Source: Minisyncoccia bacterium (GTDB lineage Bacteria; Patescibacteriota; Minisyncoccia; SW-4-49-11). From it: a stretch of DNA of 64,000 nt. Below are positions 30,630 to 37,904 of this stretch, one piece after another (position 1 is the stretch's first letter; each line of letters opens with the position of its first letter). The stretch spans positions 402 to 64,401 of the forward strand of contig JBIKWJ010000004.1 of NCBI GenBank assembly GCA_044356325.1, given 5' to 3'. The notes beneath the pieces are model-generated. The model was given only the letters and a program-made list of their open reading frames with translations. It was not told the DNA's origin and did no database searches. Made by a program: the position numbers and the translations under genes.

Positions 30630-31097
30630 TTATCTCAAATGAGCAAAAGCTCGGTTTGCTTCCGCCATTCTCTGAGTATCATCTTTTTTCTTGATAACAG
30701 AACCAGTTTTATTGAAAGCATCCATTAACTCTTCAGCTAATTTTTTATCAGTTGACTTACCTTTTTTCTTGCGTACAGCATCTAGAATCCATCGGAATGC
30801 AAGAGAAGTTTTTCGTTCTGGTCGAACTTCTACCGGTACCTGATAATTAGCACCCCCAACTCTTCGAGATTTTACCTCAACTGCAGGAGATACATTTTTT
30901 ACCGCAGTATTGAATACATTCAAAGGATCTTGTGAATGATCTTTTTCAATAATATCCATAGCCCCATAAAATACATTTCGAGCTACTGACTTTTTACCAT
31001 CCAACATAATATAGTTGATAAATTGAGAAACCAAAAGATTCTTGTATCGTGGATCAAGTTCGATTTCTCTGGTATAATTGCGCTTTCTTCTAGCCAT
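30630..31097 (-). CDS. rpsG: 30S ribosomal protein S7
   Basis: Universal S7 sequence pattern. It occupies the str operon position between rpsL and fusA. Confidence 0.95.
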   Translation of the reverse strand: MARRKRNYTREIELDPRYKNLLVSQFINYIMLDGKKSVARNVFYGAMDIIEKDHSQDPLNVFNTAVKNVSPAVEVKSRRVGGANYQVPVEVRPERKTSLAFRWILDAVRKKKGKSTDKKLAEELMDAFNKTGSVIKKKDDTQRMAEANRAFAHLR

Positions 31098-31121
31098 AAT
31101 ATTACAATATCTTAATTAACC

Positions 31122-31535
31122 TTATTTCTTCGGTCTTTTTACCCCATATTTACTTCGCTCTTGAGATCGTCCATCTACTCCAGCAGTATCCAATACTCCT
31201 CGAACAATATGATATCGTACTCCAGGCAAATCTTTTACTCGCCCTCCTCTTAGCATTACTACTGAATGCTCTTGAAGATTATGCCCCATTCCTGGAATAT
31301 ACGCAGTAACTTCTTGTCCATTAGATAATCGAACTCTTGCAATTTTACGTAAAGCTGAGTTAGGTTTTTTAGGAGTGGTAGTTGTAACTTTCACACATAC
31401 TCCTCTTTTGAAAGGGGAATTACTCTCCATAGGCTTATTTTTGAGAACATTAAAAGTTCTAGCCAATGCTGGAGACTTGGTTTTCTTTACTCCGGTCTTG
31501 CGACCTTTTCGTACTAATTGTTGTATAGTAGGCAT
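31122..31535 (-). CDS. rpsL: 30S ribosomal protein S12
   Basis: [12 protein letters not shown] ... [10 protein letters not shown] ... the universally conserved S12 sequence. Confidence 0.95.
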   Translation of the reverse strand: MPTIQQLVRKGRKTGVKKTKSPALARTFNVLKNKPMESNSPFKRGVCVKVTTTTPKKPNSALRKIARVRLSNGQEVTAYIPGMGHNLQEHSVVMLRGGRVKDLPGVRYHIVRGVLDTAGVDGRSQERSKYGVKRPKK

Positions 31536-31617
31536 AAATAATAATTATAATTAGCGGGGTGAGCAGTTTATACACCTATAAACGCTCAAAAGCACACCTC
31601 TTTTGGGAACTTGTTCT

Positions 31618-31646
31618 ATTGTAGTATATATATTGTTATTTGTCAA
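31618..31646 (-). promoter_or_regulatory. Sigma70-like promoter of the str operon (TTGACA-17-TACAAT on the minus strand)
   Basis: Consensus hexamers with 17-nt spacer, about 80 nt upstream of the rpsL start. Confidence 0.6.
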
Positions 31647-31654
31647 TATAAAGT

Positions 31655-31869
31655 TGGGGTTTCGTAGCGGAGGCTTTAAGTCCCTCCCATATTTTAGTTT
31701 GGGAGGGGGTTTATCCCGGCATATTTCGTAGAGTCAGAGACCTAGCCGATATATAGTTTCGTAGGGGCGACCTTTAAAGCCACCTGTACTATTTTGTCCT
31801 CCTTCGGAGGAGCTTTTGTCCCTCCTATATTTATTTAGGAGGGGGTGCCCCTCAGGGCGGAGGTGAATT
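31655..31869. repeat. GC-rich repeat element cluster upstream of the str-operon promoter
   Basis: tcgtaggggcgacc, gtcctccttcggaggag, aggagggggtgcccctcagggcggaggtga. Confidence 0.7.
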
Positions 31870-31922
31870 AGAGCAAAATACTAAATTAAAAAGATTTTAT
31901 ACATACACCTGTTATTGTAAAT

Positions 31923-31951
31923 TGACAAAATATGAATTTTGTGTTATGAAT
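31923..31951 (+). promoter_or_regulatory. Sigma70-like promoter (TTGACA-17-TATGAA with extended TGn) upstream of the SPFH gene
   Basis: Hexamers 10 nt upstream of the ORF at 31962. Confidence 0.5.
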
Positions 31952-31961
31952 AAAGAGTTCT

Positions 31962-32948
31962 ATGCACATTCACAAACTCATGGCTAGATTCGATCCCTTT
32001 TATCTTCCACCTATTTGGACTGTACCCGATGATGAGATTCACATAATTTCATGGTTCGGCATGCGCCCAGATAACGGCAGAATGGGATTTTTTTCTAAAA
32101 TCGCTACTCCAGGGCCGCACATAATTGTCCCAGGGGCAAAATTGGTAGGTGCATATAGTACAAATCAATTCCCCGTATATCTATTTCGGCATGACACTCC
32201 AACACCTGGAGATTATGCTGAACTAGAGCTGCCAGATATCACATTAACTGCAAAAGTTAGTATAATAGCTCAACTCAAGGGAAATGGTTTACGCCAAAAA
32301 GCAAGTAGTGTTTTCAATGCACATTATAATGCCGAAGATCAAGATGTATTACAGGCAACTGAACGCATCTTGAACCCTTATATCCGTCTAGTTCTGCAGA
32401 GACATTCTTATACAGAATACACCAATCAGCGTGCAGATGGAAAAACCCTAAATGAGATTCAAGTCTCCAAAATTACACCGGACCAATTGCTACAAGCTCT
32501 TGGCCTGAAGCAATTTGGGGCTAGAATTGATAAAGATACAGGTGTTGCAGAAGAAGATATTAGAAAAATTGGTGAAACAATCCTAGACAAACTTGACAAT
32601 ATCGGAGTTGACTTAATGTCGATTAACATCGATGATTTGTCTCTTCCTGATACAGTCAATGAGGCTAGGAATAGATCTGCCGTAGAGAAAGCCGAGCAAC
32701 AAGCTGCACTCGATCGCGAAATAGCCCGAGCTCGAGTAATTGAGCAGCAGGTCGAAAACCGAGTTAAAGAGGCACAGGGATTGCTCAAAGCCGTGAAAGC
32801 ATTAAGTGAGAATAAAACTATCTCCGATGAACAAGCCTACAGAGCATTGGTAGAGATACCTGCTTTGAAGGAAATTGTGGGAGACAAAGATAAGTTCATC
32901 ACTGAAGGTGGGCTTAGTGGCCTCCTTGCCATGCTACAATCAAAGTAG
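31962..32948 (+). CDS. SPFH / band-7 (stomatin-prohibitin-flotillin-like) domain protein
   Basis: 328 aa with an N-terminal beta-rich domain. A C-terminal charged coiled coil (EARNRSAVEKAEQQAALDREIARARVIEQQVENRVKEAQ) is typical of band-7 proteins. Confidence 0.5.
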   Translation: MHIHKLMARFDPFYLPPIWTVPDDEIHIISWFGMRPDNGRMGFFSKIATPGPHIIVPGAKLVGAYSTNQFPVYLFRHDTPTPGDYAELELPDITLTAKVSIIAQLKGNGLRQKASSVFNAHYNAEDQDVLQATERILNPYIRLVLQRHSYTEYTNQRADGKTLNEIQVSKITPDQLLQALGLKQFGARIDKDTGVAEEDIRKIGETILDKLDNIGVDLMSINIDDLSLPDTVNEARNRSAVEKAEQQAALDREIARARVIEQQVENRVKEAQGLLKAVKALSENKTISDEQAYRALVEIPALKEIVGDKDKFITEGGLSGLLAMLQSK

Positions 32949-32967
32949 ACTTATAATCTACTTCCTT

Positions 32968-32997
32968 AGCCGAGATAATATCTCGGCTTTTTTATTT
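32968..32997 (+). terminator. Rho-independent terminator
   Basis: agccgaga-taata-tctcggct followed by TTTTTTATTT. Confidence 0.75.
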
Positions 32998-33017
32998 ATA
33001 GTTTATGTCTATAAATA

Positions 33018-33046
33018 TTGACATTTTGTCTAAAATATGCTATATA
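33018..33046 (+). promoter_or_regulatory. Sigma70-like promoter (TTGACA-17-TATATA)
   Basis: Consensus hexamers 28 nt upstream of the ATG at 33074. Confidence 0.5.
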
Positions 33047-33073
33047 TATTATGTTCTTTTCATCGAGGCACTA

Positions 33074-33852
33074 TGGCAAATCGTCGCTATAGCCTTAACA
33101 ATCAGTCCAAACAATCTGGCACCACCTCAGGTGCTAATTCTTCAACAAGCTCTTCACCCCCTTCATCCTCTGCTCCGGCAGGTAATAGTGGTAGTGGAAT
33201 GAAGATTCCATCTGGAGTTTCTCCTGGATTGCTTATCGCTGGTAGTGGTGCCTACCTCTTGGCACGAATGTTCTTCTTTGGGGGTGCTCTCGGGCCTATT
33301 GAGGCAATCGCTATCCTGATTGCAGATGGCTTCGCCTACAAGAACGGAGGCAAGGGACAAAAAAAACTTGCCGCCCTGATCATAGGCTTTACTGCCCTGA
33401 ATCTTGTATTCCCTGGTATTATCCCATGGATAAGAGGATTCCGGGAAGCCCAGATCAACCCTCCTGCTCCAGTTGAACAGGTAGCTCCTCCACCAGTTGA
33501 GGAGCCTCCTCCTTCAACCGAAAGAGTTGTAGTATCTGGTAAGAAAATCACCCTTACAGGTGATGGAACTTACTCGATACCCAAAGGGCGAAAGTCTCTT
33601 TGCTTCACAAACTTGGGAATGAAGGATGGGAGTTCAAATACCTCTCAGTATATGACTTTAAATGGAAAGGAATATATTTCTCTGGGGACAGAATGCCATG
33701 ATCTCCCTGAAGATCTCGAGGGAAAAGTTATCGTAGACTTTTTCCCTGGCAAAGAGTATGGTACTCCTGAAGGAGTGAGAGAACTCTATGCTTATTGGAA
33801 ATCCCAACCAGGAGGACAATCCGAATTACCTATCATTCGACTAGGTGAATAA
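33074..33852 (+). CDS. Hypothetical membrane-associated protein with a Ser/Pro-rich low-complexity N-region
   Basis: Start set at MANRRYSL. The upstream in-frame ATG at 33037 lies inside the promoter -10. The protein has two hydrophobic helices and a proline-rich PPAPVEQVAPPPVEEPPPS segment. Confidence 0.45.
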
Positions 33853-33877
33853 AATTTACTCTCAGTCACCAAATAGC

Positions 33878-33910
33878 AAACCTACCCACTGTGGTAGGTT
33901 TTTTCTTTTT
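33878..33910. terminator. Bidirectional rho-independent terminator between convergent genes
   Basis: cctacc-cact-ggtagg followed by a T-run. Confidence 0.65.
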
Positions 33911-33918
33911 GTAAAGAT

Positions 33919-34833
33919 TCAAACCAAGGCTGAGATAATATATTGTGTGATGAGGAAAGCCCCCATAATTATCATAAGTCCCACCACTGCATTCCTAATT
34001 CCATCTAAAGCCTGACCTACTTCTCCTGGATTAGAACTTGTCATATATTTAAAACCTGACATTACCAGTATTGCAACGGTAATAGCACCTAATATTCCTA
34101 ATAAAGCATTAATAATACCCGCTATAAGATCTGGAATACTATTGAACTTAATAGGATTAGTGAATCCTACACTTTGAGGCGCTGATGAGTCAGTAGTTCC
34201 TCCCCCACCAGTAGATCCAGGAGTAGCAGTACTTGCAGTACAAGTTGGTTTACCACCTTGAGTAGCACAAACTTGCCCAGAGGTACAAGTCTTTCCATCA
34301 CATTTACCATTAACACTTGCATCTTTTGTACAAGTAGGCTTACCTCCCTGAGTGGCACATACTTGCCCAGAAGTACAGGTCTTTCCATCACAAGTATCAG
34401 CCGTTGAACCTCCTGAGGTTGATCCACCAGGACTACCTGGTGGTTTTTTACTAATGTCACATGGTCCTGTTTTAGGCCCTGGAGCTCTACATACACCTAA
34501 TTCACCACCAGATTTACAAGCATCTCCAATTATAACACAATCTTCCCACCCATTCTTCTCAGAATCAAGTGTTTTACAAGTCAATGGATTATTTTTTGCT
34601 ACACTATCTGCATTTGTCCTATCACAAAAACCACTTTCAGTCTGCGTTGCAGTTCCTGCAGATTGCCCTCTTCCTCCAGTAGTTACTTCTCTTTGATAGG
34701 TACAATCATCTCCATTTTTTTTACCAGAACATGCGGTATTTTGTGGAGAACTCTGAGCAAAGCTATTCTGAGGGATAATTAATCCTATACCTAATAAAAG
34801 TGAGAATAAAATATATTTCATACTAATTTGCAT
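33919..34833 (-). CDS. Secreted Cys-rich protein with two 30-aa tandem repeats and a C-terminal VirB2/TrbC-like pilin hairpin (array member 7)
   Basis: Signal peptide present. Repeat CDGKTCTSGQVCATQGGKPTCT appears twice. C-terminus LIAGIINALLGILGAITVAILVMSGFKYMTSSNPGEVGQALDGIRNAVVGLMIIMGAFLITQYI is the shared paralogous hairpin. Confidence 0.6.
   Translation of the reverse strand: MQISMKYILFSLLLGIGLIIPQNSFAQSSPQNTACSGKKNGDDCTYQREVTTGGRGQSAGTATQTESGFCDRTNADSVAKNNPLTCKTLDSEKNGWEDCVIIGDACKSGGELGVCRAPGPKTGPCDISKKPPGSPGGSTSGGSTADTCDGKTCTSGQVCATQGGKPTCTKDASVNGKCDGKTCTSGQVCATQGGKPTCTASTATPGSTGGGGTTDSSAPQSVGFTNPIKFNSIPDLIAGIINALLGILGAITVAILVMSGFKYMTSSNPGEVGQALDGIRNAVVGLMIIMGAFLITQYIISALV
34238..34395. 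repeat. Tandem in-frame DNA repeat, 2 x ~90 bp (63-bp near-identical cores)
   Basis: acaagt(t/a)gg(t/c)ttacc(a/t)cc(t/c)tgagt(a/g)gcaca(a/t)acttgcccaga(g/a)gtaca(a/g)gtctttccatcaca appears at 34240 and 34330. Confidence 0.8.
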
Positions 34834-35239
34834 TTAATGGTATATTGATATCATCTACTGTGTCATCTGCTGGGAATACAAATCCTAATACGGTATTGGA
34901 TACGACAAAGGCAAAGAATATAATAATCAGTCCTATGATTGCATTTACCATTCTTTTTTGAGCTGATTCAGCCTGCTTCTCATCCCCTCCTGCTGTTGCA
35001 TATTCAAATCCTGCATATAGGAATATAATAAATATTATAATTCCTATAAATCCTAATATCCACCTTATAATAATCGACACTGTCTCTATCAGGCTTGGTC
35101 CCTCAGCTATTCCGGTATTAATTGGGATTGTCCCTGGATCAGGGAGAGTGGCATCAGGGGCTCTTTGAGCTAGAGATATATTAGAACTTAATACAAATCC
35201 CCCCATCAATAAAGCTATTATAATCAATAAGACTCTCAT
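34823..35239 (-). CDS. VirB2/TrbC-like pilin-family protein (array member 6)
   Basis: Signal peptide, then IIRWILGFIGIIIFIIFLYAGFEYATAGGDEKQAESAQKRMVNAIIGLIIIFFAFVVSNTVLGFVF. This is two hydrophobic helices joined by a short Gly-rich loop, as in T4SS pilins. Confidence 0.55.
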   Translation of the reverse strand: MRVLLIIIALLMGGFVLSSNISLAQRAPDATLPDPGTIPINTGIAEGPSLIETVSIIIRWILGFIGIIIFIIFLYAGFEYATAGGDEKQAESAQKRMVNAIIGLIIIFFAFVVSNTVLGFVFPADDTVDDINIPLNAN

Positions 35240-35299
35240 ATCTATTTTACTATTCTATATATTACAAGTATATCAAGTATTCTATTATCTGACAAGAAG

Positions 35300-35560
35300 A
35301 TGTATAAGATGAGGAAATTGTAGACACTGAGTTCTATTCAAAGTGTAAGCTTGTATTTTATCCACCCCGTCTCCTCCCATACAAAAGTATGAGAGGAGAC
35401 ACCCCTCAAGAGGGGAATTTTTCGTACAGTACATTTTTATATATTCCCCTCTTGAGGGGTGCCGTCGCTAGACGGTGGGGTGGAATACGGGCGACTGTAA
35501 GGTCACCCCTACACAACTCACACTTTATCTAGATATATGTCTCATCTTCTGAAGAAGATG
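35300..35560. repeat. GC-rich palindromic repeat element (MITE/REP-like) with AT-rich terminal motifs, inside the pilin array
   Basis: Near-perfect ~130-bp palindrome: ccaccccgtctcctcc...cccctcaagaggggaatttttcgtacagtac | atttt...ttcccctcttgaggggtg...gacggtggggtgg. The same modules occur at 53911-54272 in opposite orientation. Confidence 0.75.
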
Positions 35561-35643
35561 AGACAAAGGATATAGTCTATCCCCTAAATAATAAAAAGGG
35601 ATATGATAATCCCTTTTTATTATTTGTATATTAGATACATTAT

Positions 35644-36030
35644 TTAGACATTTCCTTGGAATACGAATGACAATACTGCATTTGAAGCAACAAAGGCAAA
35701 GAATATAATAATTAATCCAATTACTGCATTAATCATTCGAGATGTTGCACTTTTTGCTTTTCCTTCATCTCCTCCTGCTGTTGCATATTCAAATCCTGCA
35801 AATAAGAAGATAATAAATATAACAATTCCAATAAATCCTAATGCCCATCGAATAACGAGAGAGATGGTTCCTGTCAAACTAGTAGATTGAAAAACTCCTG
35901 TTCCAGTTGGAATAACTCCTATTCCTCTATTATCTGGGGTAGGTGATACAGCTCCAGCTAAAGCAGGTGCTAATACTAATAAAGGTAATAATACTCTTGT
36001 CACTATTGATTTTATTCTGGAGTTATTCAT
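35644..36030 (-). CDS. VirB2/TrbC-like pilin-family protein (array member 5)
   Basis: Start trimmed to MNNSRIKSIVTRVLLPLLVLAPALAGA (signal peptide). Hairpin is IRWALGFIGIVIFIIFLFAGFEYATAGGDEGKAKSATSRMINAVIGLIIIFFAFVASNAVLSFVF. Confidence 0.55.
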   Translation of the reverse strand: MNNSRIKSIVTRVLLPLLVLAPALAGAVSPTPDNRGIGVIPTGTGVFQSTSLTGTISLVIRWALGFIGIVIFIIFLFAGFEYATAGGDEGKAKSATSRMINAVIGLIIIFFAFVASNAVLSFVFQGNV

Positions 36031-36129
36031 AAGAATATCTATAATTATTAAATAATATGTCCTATAAGTATATATTATCATATAATATATACTTATGCAA
36101 GTAATAGCATTGTGGATAAGTCTATTATA

Positions 36130-36468
36130 TTATAAGCCAAAGACAAATCCTAAGACCGCATTAGACAAAACAAATGCTAACCCTACAATAAACACTCCTA
36201 TTACTGCTGCTGCAATTCTACTTATGGCTTCTTCGGTTTTTTTAGGATCTCCCCCTGCTGTTGCATATTGGAATCCAGAAAATAGTATAAGGACAAATAA
36301 TATTATCCCTATTAACCCGAGGCTCCATCTTACAATAGCAGATACAAAGGTAAATATATCTCCTTGTTCTGTTACCCCAGTACCAGTAGGAATACCCAAA
36401 ACAGGTGGTACAGATTCCTGAGCTTTGGCTGTAGCTATTATAAGATTTGCTATAAGTTTTTCTAACAT
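36130..36468 (-). CDS. VirB2/TrbC-like pilin-family protein (array member 4)
   Basis: VRWSLGLIGIILFVLILFSGFQYATAGGDPKKTEEAISRIAAAVIGVFIVGLAFVLSNAVLGFVFGL. Confidence 0.55.
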   Translation of the reverse strand: MLEKLIANLIIATAKAQESVPPVLGIPTGTGVTEQGDIFTFVSAIVRWSLGLIGIILFVLILFSGFQYATAGGDPKKTEEAISRIAAAVIGVFIVGLAFVLSNAVLGFVFGL

Positions 36469-36479
36469 ATATAAGATTA

Positions 36480-37151
36480 TTAAGCGCCAGCAGCAAGTAA
36501 ACCACTAGTTACAAAATTAGTAATGAGGAATGCCCCCATAATAATAAGCAATCCAATCACGGCATTGGTAATAGCTCCTGTAGCAGCTGCTGTTTGGCTA
36601 GCATTTCCAGAGGACGTCATATAAAGATATCCTTGTAATACAATGATTATAAAAAATACAGTTCCAAGAAGCCCTAATATCCAGCGTATAATATTAGCGA
36701 CATATCCTATGAGAGTTCCTCCTGTATTAAGTCCTGATCCAGCATTTCTGAATTGATTTAACCCCTGAGACAGTCCATTTGATTCACTATTAATATTATT
36801 ACCGCCAGTTGTAGGTGTTCCATTTGGAGAGTTTGGTGTATTTGGATTTTGCTTAGCATCTGCTGCAGGTTTTAATGTATTGGCTTTAGGTACAGGAGCA
36901 CATACAATTTCCTTTGCTTGATTTTGAATACATGCTTGTCCAGAGCTACATTTAACAGTAGAGTCTCCTCGGCAATCTCCATTACTTTCTGCCTGATTTT
37001 CCAAACATTTTGTAGCACCATCTACTGTTACACAGACAAAATCTCCCGTACAGTTAGGACCAGTGCCACAAGCAGCTAAAGCATTATCTGCCCCCCCCAT
37101 AAATCCGATTGCAAATAGAATTGCTAAACTTGTTGATAAAATAAATCTCAT
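36480..37151 (-). CDS. Secreted Cys-rich protein with a C-terminal VirB2/TrbC-like hairpin (array member 3)
   Basis: Signal peptide. Cys module CGTGPNCTGDFVCVTVDGATKC...CRGDSTVKCSSGQACIQNQAKEIVC. C-terminus IRWILGLLGTVFFIIIVLQGYLYMTSSGNASQTAAATGAITNAVIGLLIIMGAFLITNFV. Confidence 0.55.
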   Translation of the reverse strand: MRFILSTSLAILFAIGFMGGADNALAACGTGPNCTGDFVCVTVDGATKCLENQAESNGDCRGDSTVKCSSGQACIQNQAKEIVCAPVPKANTLKPAADAKQNPNTPNSPNGTPTTGGNNINSESNGLSQGLNQFRNAGSGLNTGGTLIGYVANIIRWILGLLGTVFFIIIVLQGYLYMTSSGNASQTAAATGAITNAVIGLLIIMGAFLITNFVTSGLLAAGA

Positions 37152-37181
37152 AATATCTATATTTAATTATTTTTAATTATA

Positions 37182-37904
37182 TCATCTTTTTCTTAATTTC
37201 CAAATAAATAACCCAAGCCCCCCAGCAAGAAATAGTATTCCTCCTATTAAAATAGCTATATTTCCGGATGTTTTAGATTGTTCTGGATCTGAATTTGTAT
37301 CAGTATTAGGGGTAGGAGTATTGGTAGATAATAGTATAGTTCCTGCCTCATCTCGAATAACTCCATTTTCTTTTTGAAGGGTTTTCTGAGTTTCCTCTGA
37401 TAATGTAATATCTGGACCAAGACAATCTGCTATACAGGTATTATTATTCTCCCCTTTTTCATATTCACAGACATTATTTTGATTGCAAGTACTGTCCTTG
37501 GTTACATCTATATTCAATACTTTTCCATTTTGACTCTTGATATTAATAGCCTTAACATGAGGGAAATAAGGAATATTTATCACAAAAGTACCTTCTTTAT
37601 AGGGATATATTAGAGTTTGAGGAAAAGTGTATTGATAAGCCTCTAAATTTACCTGGAAATTATTATCTACAGGAAGAGCTGCTCTATCGTAAATACTTAA
37701 AGTATCATCAGTATCCTGTACCTGTATTGGCTCTGAGACAAATTTATCTAGACGAATTTCATCAGTAGCTTTGTCATAAAATAAAGATACTTGATAACTT
37801 TTGGCAGTACTAATCAATGGGAGGAATAGTAGGGTTAAGAATATGGTGTAAAAAGAGAATTTCATAGTATTGATATTATTGTTTACAAGCCCCTGTTTGC
37901 TCAT
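37182..37904 (-). CDS. Secreted protein with a small Cys module and a C-terminal TM anchor (array member 2). Start is ambiguous; 37865 is the alternative.
   Basis: Signal peptide MKFSFYTIFLTLLFLPLISTA, module DSTCNQNNVCEYEKGENNNTCIADC, and C-terminal anchor ILIGGILFLAGGLGLFIWKLRKR. It lacks the pilin hairpin. Confidence 0.5.
   Translation of the reverse strand: MSKQGLVNNNINTMKFSFYTIFLTLLFLPLISTAKSYQVSLFYDKATDEIRLDKFVSEPIQVQDTDDTLSIYDRAALPVDNNFQVNLEAYQYTFPQTLIYPYKEGTFVINIPYFPHVKAINIKSQNGKVLNIDVTKDSTCNQNNVCEYEKGENNNTCIADCLGPDITLSEETQKTLQKENGVIRDEAGTILLSTNTPTPNTDTNSDPEQSKTSGNIAILIGGILFLAGGLGLFIWKLRKR

Noticed and set aside
33037-33073. Upstream ATG at 33037 as the start of the Ser/Pro-rich protein
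   Set aside because: That ATG sits inside the predicted -10/-35 promoter region, so the downstream ATG at 33074 (MANRRYSL) is preferred.
34167-34696. Alternative-frame ORFs (34167..34496 minus, 34352..34696 plus) within the Cys-rich gene
   Set aside because: They are repeat-driven open frames. Only the 33919..34833 frame yields a signal peptide plus conserved hairpin.
36095-36505. ORFs 36095..36421 (+) and 36242..36505 (-) overlapping pilin genes
   Set aside because: They are alternate frames of the pilin paralogues without family resemblance.
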